Positions 51,700 through 64,000 of a stretch of DNA of 64,000 bases are shown piece by piece. How positions within the stretch are numbered: the stretch's first letter is position 1; each line of letters begins with the position of its first letter. Source of the DNA: Octopus sinensis (taxonomy: Eukaryota); the NCBI RefSeq assembly GCF_006345805.1, contig NC_042997.1, positions 85,250,001-85,314,000 of the forward strand, written 5' to 3'. The notes beneath the pieces are model-generated. The model searched no databases. It saw nothing but the letters and a program-made list of their open reading frames with translations, and had not been told where the DNA came from. The position numbers and the translations under genes are program-made.

Positions 51700-54165
51700 T
51701 CCCCGTCATCTAAACATCTCCCCAGCCTAACTCTCGGCTCTTCAATGTCTCCGACGCCGCACTGACATCATCATGAAACGGGCCGATAAGGGTGGAGATG
51801 GTGGTTGTGTGGCGCACAGACCTCTACAAGGCCAAAGCTCTCCGCCAACTTCAAGACACCTCCTTCTACTGCCCTCTGCCCTCTGACCCCACGCCCAGCT
51901 ACCAACAGACTGTGTCCTCCACTATCCACGACCTCATCTCCTCCTCCCGTCTCCCTCCAACCGCATCCAACCTCATTGTCCGCACCCCTCGCACCCCAAC
52001 TATTTACTTCCTCCCCAAAATCCACAAGGCTAACAACCCTGGCCGCCCCATCGTCTCTGCCTACAACTTCCCCACCGAACTCATCTTGACCGTATCCTTG
52101 CCCTCTAGTGGCTTCCCTCCCCTCTGACATCTTTGACACCAGCCACGCCCTTCGTTTGTTCAACTCTTTCTCCTTCGGCCCTGGCCCCTCTAAACTTATC
52201 TTCACTCTCGACATCCAGAGCCTTACACGGTGATCCTTCACCACGAGTGGCTGCGTGCACTCCAACATTTCCTTGACCTTCGACCCAACCCCCAACCCGA
52301 CACATCCACACTCGTTCGTCTGGCCGAACTTGTCCTCTCACTGAACTGCTTCTTGTTCGCTGGTGATTTCTACTAGCAGTTCTCGGTAGTGCCTATGGGA
52401 ACGAGAATGGACTCCAATTATGCGAACCTATTCGTTGGCTACGTTGAGGCCCAAATATTCTGAAGTTTGACTGGTCCCACTCCCAAACTATACGGCCGTT
52501 ATATTGACGACTGCATCGGTGCGACCTCACTCTCCCGCGAACATCTAAACTCCTTCCTCTCTTTTGTCAAATCTTTCCATCCTACCTTTCACTTCTCCTG
52601 CACTATCTCTGACACCTCTGTATCCTTCTTTGACATTTCGGTCAGCATTCATCACTCCACTCTCACCACCTCCATCCACAACAAAAACACAGACTCACAC
52701 TCATACCTCAACTTCTCCTCCTCCCACCTAAATACACCAAGCTTTCCACCCCCTATTCCCAATTCCTCCGTCTTTTTCAGGCTCTGTGGTGACGACCATA
52801 ATTTTGACACTCAGTCTCAACTCATGGCTCGCCACTTAATTCTATGTGGATATCCCCTCACCACTATCCACATAGCCCTTGCCAGAGCACGTTCTGTGGA
52901 CCGTGCATCTGCCCTCTCCCCCGAACACGCCTCGCTGTCTCCCGCCTCCCGTTTCCCCTCAACTACCACCCCAACCACCCTACCTCTCCAACGCACCGTC
53001 CTCTGAGCCTCCCGGCGACTCCAGTCCGACCCCTCCACTTCGCACATCTTCCCTAACCGACCTCCCCCCTCCTTCAAACGAGCCCACAACCTACGAGACC
53101 TTTTGGTCCACTGCTTCTTCCCTAACCCAACCTCCCAACCTGGCTCGTCCCAACCTGCCGCACTTGCCCTTACCTCTCCAACACCACCCTCCGTACCGGC
53201 ACCCATCAGCGACCCTATCACATCACCTGCACTTCTACCAATGTCATCTACTGCATCTCCTGCTCTCTCTGCCCTTCTCTATACATCGGGCAAACGGGAC
53301 GCCGCCTGGCTGACCGGTTCGCGGATCACCTCCGAGACATCCAACTCGGCAATGACACCCCGGTCGCGCGCCATTTTCGCTCTACTGGTCACTCTTTGCA
53401 ACACCTGTCCGTATTCGGATTGTCCTTGCTCAGGGGCCATCCAGAATCCCGTTTGCGCCGTGAACAGGGATTAATCTTCTCGCTTCGCTCCTTTGCGCCA
53501 CATGGGCTCAACTCTCCTTCCCTCTTCATCTAACCTACTCCACTCGCCTCGCTCCCCCTCATACCTACTTCCTCCCGCCAACCTCTCCTCTCTTACGCCG
53601 ACTCCTACTTCTCTTCACTCCTATACTCCTTCTCCCTTCTCTTCACTCCTACCCACCTTCTCCCTCCCCTTCATCGTCATCCCTCCCTTGTAACCCCACC
53701 CCATCCCCACACATTCCAATCCCAACTTCTTTATCCTTCCCATCCTACCCCACCCCATTCTTTACACCCACTCTCACATACCCCCACCCTCTGCCTACCC
53801 ACATACCTACCTCCACCCCACCCTCAGCCTAATCCACACCCCACCCTTGCTTTCTCCACTCTCGCCCTACCTCCCAACACTATCACACCACACACCACTA
53901 CACCATACACCACCATACCACACACCACTACTTTATTATCTCCCCTTCTTCCTAATTCTCCTGTGACCCTTCTGTCCAGCATTCGCCATGATAGATCGCA
54001 AGCCACTACACATTCTTGTTTTCTCTCCTTGTTTCTTTCTGTGTTCCTTTCTGTGGAAGAGCGTAGGTTCGAAACGTTAAAGACTTTTTTCTCTTCCCGA
54101 GCGTTAAACTAATACATTTGTTTGTTGTCTACACCAACTGTCTTCGGCTTTTGTTTTTTTTGTGT
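51700..54165 (+). mobile_element. Near-complete decayed Penelope-like retroelement (RT plus C-terminal GIY-YIG, 3' region, terminal repeat)
   Basis: KRADKGG, YFLPKIHKANNPGRPIVS, FTLDIQSLYTVI, MGTRMDSNYANLFVGY, YGRYIDDCIG, NVIYCISCSLCPSLYIGQTGRRLADRFADH; several stops and frameshifts; frame ends near 53531. Confidence 0.92.
54047..54082 (+). ncRNA. Minimal hammerhead variant (CUGUGGA core)
   Basis: CTTT-CTGTGGA-A-GAGC(GTAG)GTTC-GAAA-CG-T-T-AAAG; 4-bp stem I, palindromic ACGT stem III. Confidence 0.55.
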
Positions 54166-54281
54166 GAATTCTCCCTATAGATATATGTGTGTGTGTATGT
54201 GTGTGTGTGTGTGTATGTTTATATGTATGCATATATATAAAAATATGTATATATATGTATGAATATATGTGTATATATATG

Positions 54282-54323
<42 letters not shown>

Positions 54324-54459
54324 ATATGTCTGTGTATATATAAGTGTGAGTGTATGTATATATATAATGCATGTATATAGATATATGTATGTATATATGT
54401 ATATATTTATGTTTGTATGTACATATATATATATGTGTGTGTATATATGTGTATTTATA

Positions 54460-55587
54460 CAAAGTCATAGAAAAAGGTTTCCATGAATTTAGTTGTCAAT
54501 TGCACTAACTATAAGCCAGCGATCTGTATAAAATCAACGTGGGACTGTATTACAAATTTAGAAGTTTTGATATTTGCCACTGCGTTTTCCTTGAAATCAT
54601 TATTTCACTAGTGCACGTCTGGCCAGTCACTCCACGGCAATCATGGTGACTGTACAGCAGAAAGCGCACTTTGTGATGTGACATGCTGAGTTTAAGTTTG
54701 AGACTGTCATGTTTGCGTAGTCCTAAGAAGTTCATCACTCGATGCAGTTTGGAACTTCGTATGCCCAAAACAACAATTCCAAATATGCTGCATAAACGCC
54801 TAAGGTTGCATGCTTACAAAATTCAAATGAGACATAAAATTAAGGAGACAGATAGGTCTAAACGCGTTGAATTTGCTGTAACGATGCTGAGAGAAATTGA
54901 TAACGATGATAGTTATCTTAAGAAAAAATTATTTAGTGATGAAGCAGCATTCCACATAAATGGTTGTGTTAACTGACATAACAGTCGGATATGAGGAGCT
55001 TAGCAACCCAATGAAGTTTTCTAGTACGTCTGTGATTCGCTTAAGGTTAATGTGTGGTGTGGACTCCTGCATGACCGTGTTGTCGGCCCTTCATGTGTGT
55101 TCCCTCAAATTGCAGACATTGAAAGAAAAAAGAGAATAAGTGTAATTTTCCATCAGGATGGAGCGTCGGCTCACTACAACCATAATGTGTGACAAGCTCT
55201 CAACAACAGATTCCTTAGCGTTGGATTGAAAAGCATGGTCCTGTTTTGTGGCCACCTAGAAGCCCTGATCTAACCCCTTTAAAATTTTTTCTTTTGGGGT
55301 TCTCTTAAGAACATTGTCTACGCAGAAGAAATCCAGGATCTGCAACATTTAAGAGAGAGAAACCACGCGGCTATAGCGAGTGTGAATCCCGATATGATTC
55401 AGCGCACCTGGAGGGAGGTCGACTAACGCTTAGATGTTTGCCGTACAACAAAGGAAACTCATATCGAAACATAATGTAAGAAAAATTTAAGATTTTCTGT
55501 GTTTTGATGTATAAATAAATAGTATACCTTTAATACAGACTTAATTATTTCATTTTGAAGTCCCGGAAAACTTTTTCGATGACTCTG
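54460..55587 (+). mobile_element. Tc1/mariner DD41D (rosa/Visitor-type) transposon with both TIRs and a TA target duplication; transposase inactivated
   Basis: TA|CAAAGTCATAGAAAAAGGTTTCC ... GGAAAACTTTTTCGATGACTCTG|TA; LFSDEAAFHINGCVN, FHQDGASAH, WPPRSPDLTPL(K)FF; 41 residues between the second Asp and the third catalytic position after correcting one frameshift. Confidence 0.85.
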
Positions 55588-55633
55588 TATAAATGTGTGT
55601 GTGTGTGTGCGCGTGTGTGTAACTATATATGTG

Positions 55634-55735
<102 letters not shown>

Positions 55736-55748
55736 GTATGTATGTATG

Positions 55749-55779
<31 letters not shown>

Positions 55780-55789
55780 TTACTTATTT

Positions 55790-56700
55790 ATTTGTGTGTG
55801 AGGGCGCATACTGGGGTACCACCAATGTTATCTTTTCAATGGCCATTCTTTTGTGATTGACTTTTGGTGAAGGTGGGAGTTCGACATTGCTGCCCTTTTG
55901 CGGTGTTCTTGTCGTAATGTAGATTCATCAGCAGGAGTTCAAGTTGTTTCTTGAAAACATCTATCCTACTCCATGTCGGGTAGATGTTTTGGCAAGATAT
56001 AAAATAGCCCTGGATCTTCGAATCTTCAGCTATTTCAGTAGATTACACGGTCCTCATTCTATATGGGATGAATGGGAGTTTGGAACAGTGCAGTTCTGGG
56101 GCTAAGATAGCTCGGTGCCAAAACACTAGGATCTTCATTACCTGTGTCACTTCATATCTCTCTTGTCTTCGCTTCAGGGAGTAGAGTCATTGCTCTTTCA
56201 CTATCTCTGTGTAGCTCAGCTGTTCCACTGATACAATCTTTCTGCTGTAGCGCCGCTGAACTGTCTCAAACTCCGCTGTTGGATGACCACAGTTGAGAGT
56301 AGTCGTCCATATGGTTGAGAACAAATTTCCCCCAGAGAACCAGCATAGTGTCTGAAAGTTCTCACAGTCCATCCGGTTATTTGCCAGCTCATTACCACCA
56401 TCTTAGTGATATCAACATAAAACGAGGTGTTGTTGATCATATCTATCCCCAGATCACGCAATGTACTTGTTTCTAGGATTGCCTCTCCTTTTAGTCCAAA
56501 GTATTGTTGTTGGCTGAAAGCGGGGGCCTTGGAATTTTCCTGCATTAATTTGCATGTGGTTTTCTTTAGCCCATTTATAATATGGCCTCTATGTCTTTCT
56601 GATGAAGAATATAATCGAAGGGTTCCTTGGCTGCTTGTGCTACTTTTGTGTCGTTGGCATAGCTGGTAAGTTTGGCTGGCTGTGTAACTGTTGGCATGTA
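55790..56700 (-). mobile_element. CR1-type LINE RT fragment
   Basis: TSYANDTKV, LRDLGIDM, WTVRTFR, SYTEIVKEQ*LYSLKRRQER; same family as 25661-26090. Confidence 0.8.
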
Positions 56701-56809
56701 CGAAAGAGCTAACATAAATACACACACGCACACACACACACACACATCAGGGACGTAAACAAATGAACGGTAATAATGAAATACAAAGACTCTCTCACAC
56801 ACACACATC

Positions 56810-56962
<153 letters not shown>

Positions 56963-57599
56963 TCAGTTTGATGGATTACATGACATATATCTTGGACTCA
57001 AAAATTAGACTTGGAATATATTTTTGCCACTGTTTACTCATTCTCAACACTCATACCTACACTCAAACTCATACACACATACACTCACACTCATACACAC
57101 ACATACATACATGCACACAAGCACGCTCACACGCACACGCTCTCTCTCACACACACATACCCGCACATGCACCACGTATGCATTGTATCATCTCGACATT
57201 ATTGATTCGTTCGATAGATAAATGTGTAGGCTTATAAGGTGGAAAGGTAACGCACAAGAAGCCAACCGTATCAACATGACCATAAGTCTGCTGCGAGTTT
57301 GCTGTTTCAATATTATATAAACTGAATCCCGAATAAATAAATTCTTCGAAATCACGAGTAGAGAAAGCCAAAGTAGGTGATTGATATGCAGCCAAGTTGA
57401 ATCCGGAAAACATCTTCATACCCTCTTTTGGATTAATTCCAGTAAAATGGCGAAATGGTGGAGTGGAATAAGGAATATTCAAGAATGTTACGCTAATGAA
57501 GAAGACTGGTGTAAGATTAAGTATTCAAATGCTACAGCTGCATAATTATATGTGCATTTGCAAGAATGTTTCAGTTAATTTCTTTTTATATTAATATAT

Positions 57600-58085
57600 T
57601 CTTTCTTTCGTTTATATGACCAGTTATATATTTATTTATCCACTGTTAATTTATTCATGACTAATTTGTATGGTCATTAATTAATCCATTCGTTATTATA
57701 GTTATTCGTTTTTCATTCATGTAATTATTCATTCCTTCAATTATTTGTTTATTTATTGTTCATTTATTCACTCATTTAATCATTCGTTTATGCATTCATA
57801 CATCAATTCAATTTATTCATTCATTATTCATCAATCATTTATCAATTCATTAATTTATGTCAATCATATATTCATTCATTCAGTCATTTATTGATGTCAT
57901 TCAAACAATTATTCATCCATTAATTTTTCCATATATTCATTAATTAGTTTACTTGTTTGATTATTCATTATTCTTTATTCATTAGTCATGGATTTATGCA
58001 CTCATTATTCATCCCACAATCATTCATTCACTCAACAGTTCAATTATTCAGTGATTCCTTTATTTATTACATTCATTCATACGTC
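57600..58085. repeat. Degenerate (TTCA/TCAT)n cryptic simple repeat
   Basis: ATTCATT words recur throughout with heavy decay. Confidence 0.75.
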
Positions 58086-60833
58086 AAAAATTAAGCCTCT
58101 TGACGTTCCATGCGTGTGTTTAAAACTGTGTGTGTGAGTGAGTGTGTGTGTGCAGGTGTGTGTGTGTATGCAGATGTGTGTGTGTATGCAGGTGTGTGTG
58201 TGTTGTCGTGTATGTGTTGCTATGAAGTTTGCTTGGGAACTATTTGGCACCGAGATCGATTTTATTGTGCTGCACAATGGAATTCTTTTGCTGTAAGCCG
58301 TGTGTAGAATTGCGCAAAACCCCGCTGTATATGCATGTATACAAGCATACATACATACATACACACATACACACACACACACAAATACACACGCATGCAC
58401 GCAGAACGCACAGATAAAGTGGGAGAGGAAGAGGAGTAGAAAGGGAGGAAAAGGAGAGAGAGTTGAGCAGATCACAGAAAAAGGGAAACCGCAGGAGTGA
58501 TTCAAGTGCCTATAATGTCATTCGAAATTATTTGTCGAACCAAACAGATTCTGAAACACCGATTCGATATATAACTAGAATGTTCGAAAACTCTTTCGAA
58601 AAGAAAGGAAAAGAAACATACTAAAACATCATGTGATAATAGGAATTTTCAGAAGCTACTCACTGGTTGATGTATGTGATTATACTCGTATAGAAATCTA
58701 GGGGATTGATAGAATTGATAGAGTAGCGGTCAAAAATCTGCATTGTTTATTTAATATCATTTATATTCAGAGTTCAAATTCCATCATTTTCTTCCTTCCG
58801 GTGTCCTTGAAGCTAAGTGCCAGCTAAAATACTAGAATCGGTTTAATTTTCTTATATTGTATCCTAAATTTGACAGATACTATTAGGGCTGTAATAACTA
58901 CTGAAATATTTCCTATGCCTTGTTATAAGTGCTTCTTTTGGTAACGTGATATTGTCAGTATACTTTTCAGAAGTAACGAAAAGAGAAGCTAATCTCTGCG
59001 TATTGGAACTGTACTCAGTCAAACTTCAAATATCTAGGGCGGTGCTGTTGCTATTGTCTTCCTTAAAATAAATTTAAAATAGTAAATTAAAAGATATAAT
59101 CCCCCACTGAAAGCTTATAAAGCAAGATACATACACATTCATATAAAGTTCTTGTCCACATTTAGATACACACAAAATTCAAGCAAACGGACATTCACTC
59201 GTAAGACGCGCTCAACCACTTACACACAGGCTTAAACCAAGTTATTCACAAACGCACACACGTACTCGTGTACACACACATATATACACAAACCGCTAAT
59301 GCCATCAACGGTATTATATATTTATTTATTACTACTGTCATGTCACACTCTTCGTTGTCGTCGTTATGTTCTTGTAAAAAAAGAAAATTACAAACACGAA
59401 GAGAGAAAGAGATAGAGAGAGAGTAATATTACTCAGCCAGTTAGACAGATAAACAGTCAACGAAGCAGACAGCTAACCAACCAATCAAGCAGTTTAGTCA
59501 TGCTGTCTGTTATTTAGTCTGTCAGTCGCAAAAGATTAATTATTGTTGGCAGCTTAGAAAGAAAGAAAGGAAATATTGAGAAGGTTAGCAGATTCTTCGC
59601 TTTTTAAAAAGATCATCATGAAGATGTGCTTTCTTTCAGCAATAAAGCAAAAATATGAAATGAAGATCGGACTTTCTAATGGTAAAACCAACAATCGTAA
59701 ATTTCCGATGTTAGTCGACGTCGGCAAGAAACAAGTAAACATTTTTTTTTTAGTTTTTGTTTGCTTTTTTTTGTTTTTTAATTCATTGGTCAGGTTTTCT
59801 GAGCTGGATCCTGCGTATCGTGTTCTCTTCACAGATGGTCAGCTAATGCTGGTTGACCATATGCCACGTGGTCAAGGCGGATGAGGGACTGATTGGGACA
59901 CTGCTCGGAGGATTGCTCTTGGCGACACAAACAAATACAGGCAAATGATAGTTGCAACGACGTCCTGCGACGGTGCATTCCTCTATAGCTGACCTGACTT
60001 GTCAGAGAAAGAGAGAGGGAGAGGGAAAGAGGGGGAGAGTAGGCAACAGCCATTACTCCACCTTTTTCAGATCTTCCACAATTGATTGAAATAGGGAGGA
60101 ATGAAGTAATTCTCTAACCAGAGACCTCATCCAAATGCTTGCCCAGTTTGATATCAAGTCTACCAATCAAGAACTCAGAACGCAAAGAACCTGAACAATA
60201 CCTCCAAACATCGCATCCGATGTGCTAACGATTCTGCTACTCTAGCACACTGAACGGGTCTTTTTTTGCTTTTATCTAGAAAGCTGACCTTCGCAAGATT
60301 TGAACTCAAAGTGTAAAATATGACATTTAGTCTTAAGATGTAATGACTTGACCTTTTGTGCTTCTGTTGCCTGGAAGAAATGAACAATCTTGATATTTCA
60401 AGCTCTTTATCAAGGAGTGAAGAGATATAATTCCGTGTGCTCTTATGTAGGTGTCATTCTTGTAAAGAAGTACTTACGTGGGTTCGTAGGGATGTGGGTT
60501 CTGAGTGAAAGAGAGAAGAAGTGGACGGTGGGAAGAAACGTCGATCGTGTGCAAAAACATTAATGGTAGCAAAGTCGATGAATGTATATGGGCGCTGATA
60601 CATTTGTATATATGTTTGGACGTGTAAGGAGGAAGGCCAAGTGATGTGAGTCATCTGCTGTTCCAGTTGTGAGGTGAGAGACACCAACCAAGATGTCTTC
60701 AAACAGAGATCAGGTGTGTTATTAATGTTGTTATTGCTGTTGTTATCATTCAACTGAAGCGATATATAGCCAATGGCGTTCCAGTTCTGACCATCCAGTA
60801 TTTTATAAGATATCAATGATTATCATTATCTAG

Positions 60834-61008
60834 CGTGGGCTTTCGTTTTGAAGAAGATTTGGATGCTATTTCTAGCATATTGAGCAACCACATAAAGCTT
60901 CCGGCTGTAGAACCTCTGCCTCAACGAATTCCGTCTGACCCATACAAGCGTGGAAAAGTGGACATGAAAACGATAATAGCGAAGCTCATTCCGTTTGAGG
61001 GTTTGTGA
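60834..61008 (+). CDS. Candidate coding exon, product unknown (VGFRFEEDLDAISSILSNHIKLPAVEPLPQRIPSDPYKRGKVDMKTIIAKLIPFE)
   Basis: Acceptor TTATCATTATCTAG; 55 or more open codons in unique sequence; ends at a weak donor (61001) or at TGA 61006-61008. Confidence 0.25.
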
Positions 61009-61472
61009 TTGCGAGCTCAAACACCAGAGCTGTTCTTGTCACGGAAATGAAGCTTCCACTTCTCTGTTCTGTATTGACCAAACTGACGTCAACATGAGTA
61101 AATACGGCGAAAGAAAGGAGGCTACAGAGAGAAAAATGCATGCGCGCGTATCTGTGTGTAGAAAGATACGATGGTAAGACGGAAGTAAGCTAGTGACATC
61201 TGTCACTACCTGTCAAGTAAGATTTGAAGAGAATAACCGTCACATATGTAGGCCTGCAACTATTGCTGGAAACCAAAAAGTAAATAAGTAAATACAAATG
61301 AAAGACATGGTTACACTTGGTCAACTCCAGCAAGGTATCGACGACTTTTCAACCGTTTCATTCTTCTGCAGCTGATAACGTTTACGAACCAAGAATTGGC
61401 CCTTCCTAACTCAACACATCACACTTTCTGCTTAACCGTTTGAACCTACGAGTAGGTTTCAGCGAGTGCGAC

Positions 61473-61629
61473 TTTATTTGACTATACCCCTAGAAGACGC
61501 AAAAAGCGGGTGGCTACATGGTTTTCTGATAATGGTGCGCTAATTGGCAGAAACATGGTTATTTCCAGTCATAAATTCAACCCATGTGTCCGCCCGCTTT
61601 TTTTGCTTCCAGAGTTATAGTCAAATGAA
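61473..61629. repeat. About 155-bp imperfect fold-back (MITE-like or structured RNA)
   Basis: ATTTGACTATA..AAAAAGCGGGTGG..CATGG pairs with CCATG..CCGCCCGCTTTTT..TATAGTCAAAT; inner TTTCTG/CAGAAA hairpin. Confidence 0.7.
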
Positions 61630-61799
61630 TTCACAACGCGCTGATGCGCAATCGCGGGTTCAGAGAGATAGGAAACACATCGAATCGTTAGAGTGTCTAG
61701 CAAAAACTCTTTGCTGTCAGCGTCATATTTCATTCTTCTGAAGCTGTTGCTACTGTTTAGCTACGTGTCAGCACTGATTTAAATAAAAGACGAATAAAA

Positions 61800-62830
61800 T
61801 ATTATTTTATGATTTCGAAACTTTGTATCCACGTGATTTTCGGTTCCGTCCTGATGGGCGACACCTTCGACAAGTACCTTTTATTACAACACCGAGCTGA
61901 CCAATGCCTTGTGAATGAATTTGGTAGACGGAAACTGTGTAGAAGCCCATGTGTGTATGTATATATGATTGTGTGTGTGTATGTGTGTGCGTGTGTGTGT
62001 GTGTGTGTATGTGTGTGTATGTGTGTGTGTGTGTGTTTATCCAACAAGATTAGCGTTTACGGTAAATTCGAAGTTTCGGTCTGCTTAGCTTTATTGGCTG
62101 TGAAGAAATCTAATGAAGGCAAAGCAGGCCGAAACTTCGAAATCACAGTCAACACTATTCTTGTTGAAAAATAATAACTATGTAGTTTACAAAAAGTATT
62201 GAGTAAATCTAGCAGTTTAACATAAAATTGTTTTTATTATAACCAGACATAATGGGACCAGCTGGTAGAATCGTCACCGCGCCGGGCAAAATGCTTAACG
62301 GCATTTCTTCCAGCTATAAATTCTGAGTTCAAATTCTATCGAAGTCGACATTGCCTGCCATCGTTTTGGGATCGGTAAACTAAGTTTGAATACTGGAATC
62401 CATTTAGTCGACTAGATCCCGTCACACCAAATTTCAGTTCTTGTGCCTATAGTAGAAAGGATTATAACTCGACATATGAGTAACAATATATAAACAGCCG
62501 AAATTTGCCATGATGAATCGGTTTCTGACTGAAGAATGAAGGCTCTGAATTACTGTCCGTTTTTCCGTGTTTGTCAATTCGTGAATTTCACGTCCTTTAT
62601 ATATAAGTTTTATTATATATATATAAACATACATATGTGTATTGTATACCACCCACTGCTTGATAACTGGTGTTGATTTATTTACGGACCTGTAACTTGC
62701 AGTTTTCCCAAAAAGCACGATAGAATATGAACCAGACTTAAAAAATAAGTACTGGAGTCGTTTTGCTCGAGTAAACCTTTTACGACAGTGCTCCAGCATG
62801 ACCTCAGTCCAATGACTGAAACAAGTAAAA
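61800..62830 (+). mobile_element. Family-B SINE split by later insertions (family-A SINE at 62255-62460; family-C terminus at 62491-62607)
   Basis: 5' half at 61800-61950, 3' half at 62630-62830. Confidence 0.65.
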
Positions 62831-63249
62831 GATAAAAGAAGATGTTGTAGGAATAGCTTCCAAACAAAATACTTAAAGGAATGAAGAATTTCTTTAACGG
62901 CATATTCATTCCAGGTTTGTTAAAATAACGCTGTTTCATTTAACACCAGATTAAGACATCTTTAATATCAGGGCAAGATGAATGCTATCTTCAGAGTTCA
63001 ACTGAATCCTGTACTTTATTTATAAAATATCAGCGATTATTAAAGGAGACGTCAAAATGTTGATAAGAATTATAATGGCTCAATTTTCAATTTCACAAGA
63101 ATTAATATGGATCAATTTTCAATTTCACAAGTATTAGAATGGAGAAATATAAACAGCCAACCATGGTAACATAAAATAACATATGAGCTAAATTAATATA
63201 ACAGTTTAATGAAGCTGAGGGAATTTCATTCAAAACAACCCCTCTTTAG

Positions 63250-63880
63250 GTTTTGGGGAAAGTGATACTGTTTCACTTTTCATATAGGGCTTTTTTCATG
63301 TCAGAGCAACTTGGTTGCTTCCTTCAAGGTCAAAATGATTTCTTTTCTTTGTTTTCAAGTTCTTAAATGTAAAACACCCTTTTCTACAATAGTGGATCGT
63401 CGCAAAAGGCAACAGCATTACTGTTGCTCTCACATGTATAGTTTTAAAGTTTTCACAGCTTCTAACATACAGGAAAGATGATATATTTGCCATCTCCTAA
63501 AATCCCATCAGATTTTTCAGACACATCAGCCATTTGTAAGTTTAATGGATTTTCATCTCTATTAACAATTTTTGAATTAAACCATGGGAATTTATCAAAG
63601 TGCTGCTGTATAAGTTTAATAGGATGCTTCATAACAAATCCCTTGACGTCACCAAGACTAATATCTTGATAGTCTTTTCAAAACTTTGGTTTAATCCAGA
63701 AACTTTTGATCTCTTGCTGAAACGATATTAAATTTTTTTTCTTGCAATACTTTTTTCATTGAAATTACAAGATCAACATATTTATTAGCTACTTATGAAA
63801 AATGTATGCGTGCCAGCCAAATGGCCTTACTGAACTCATCTACAGGAGCATTTTTTGAACCACCAGTTGTCAGAATTTGA
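63250..63880 (-). mobile_element. hAT (Buster/Charlie-like) transposase C-terminal relic
   Basis: DEFSKAIWLARI..LQEKKFNIVSARDQ and LLPFATIHYCRKGCFTFKNLKTKKRNHFDLE..VALT match the hAT dimerisation-domain pattern LLPFATTYLCE.GFS...IKTK.RNRL; frameshifted. Confidence 0.75.
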
Positions 63881-64000
63881 AAAATTATAAAATATAATGA
63901 TGAGAACATGTTATTTGTCTCTAAATTATATGTTAATGTTATGGTGCGGTTACTGATGATAATTTCGCCTACCAAATTATTTTTTTGCAAAATAAAATTT

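Noticed and set aside
59835-59995. Strong plus-strand acceptor followed by DGQLMLVDH..DWDTARRIALGD..
   Set aside because: In-frame TGA after 16 codons; equally consistent with a LINE 3' remnant before a (GA)n tail; not supportable either way

Overview
Eukaryotic, AT-rich, repeat-dominated DNA, most likely cephalopod (Octopus-like), inferred from the recurrent tRNA-headed SINE families and dense (TA)n/(CA)n/(GATA)n/(CATA)n microsatellites. There is one 100-N gap (30740-30839). No intact host gene can be named, and most entries in the ORF track are translated microsatellites. The recognisable content is transposon debris: decayed Penelope-like elements (PLE; RT plus C-terminal GIY-YIG) at about 31.5-33.0, 36.1-38.8, 45.8-46.7 and 51.7-54.2 kb plus many solo PLE ends; CR1-type and Tx1/L1-type LINE fragments; four Tc1/mariner relics (maT/DD37D-type, two mariner-type, one DD41D with both TIRs); a hAT (Buster/Charlie-like) relic; a Helitron-like 5' end; and three SINE families. 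The most notable signals are (i) several type-I hammerhead ribozyme motifs, canonical and core-variant, at PLE termini, (ii) long palindromes and fold-backs, one carrying two back-to-back hammerheads, (iii) a long-tailed SINE subfamily repeatedly joined to other SINE copies at the same two junctions, and (iv) a phase-compatible chain of cryptic minus-strand exons at 14-18 kb. All calls were made by eye. Element boundaries are approximate (tens of bp) unless exact motifs are quoted.
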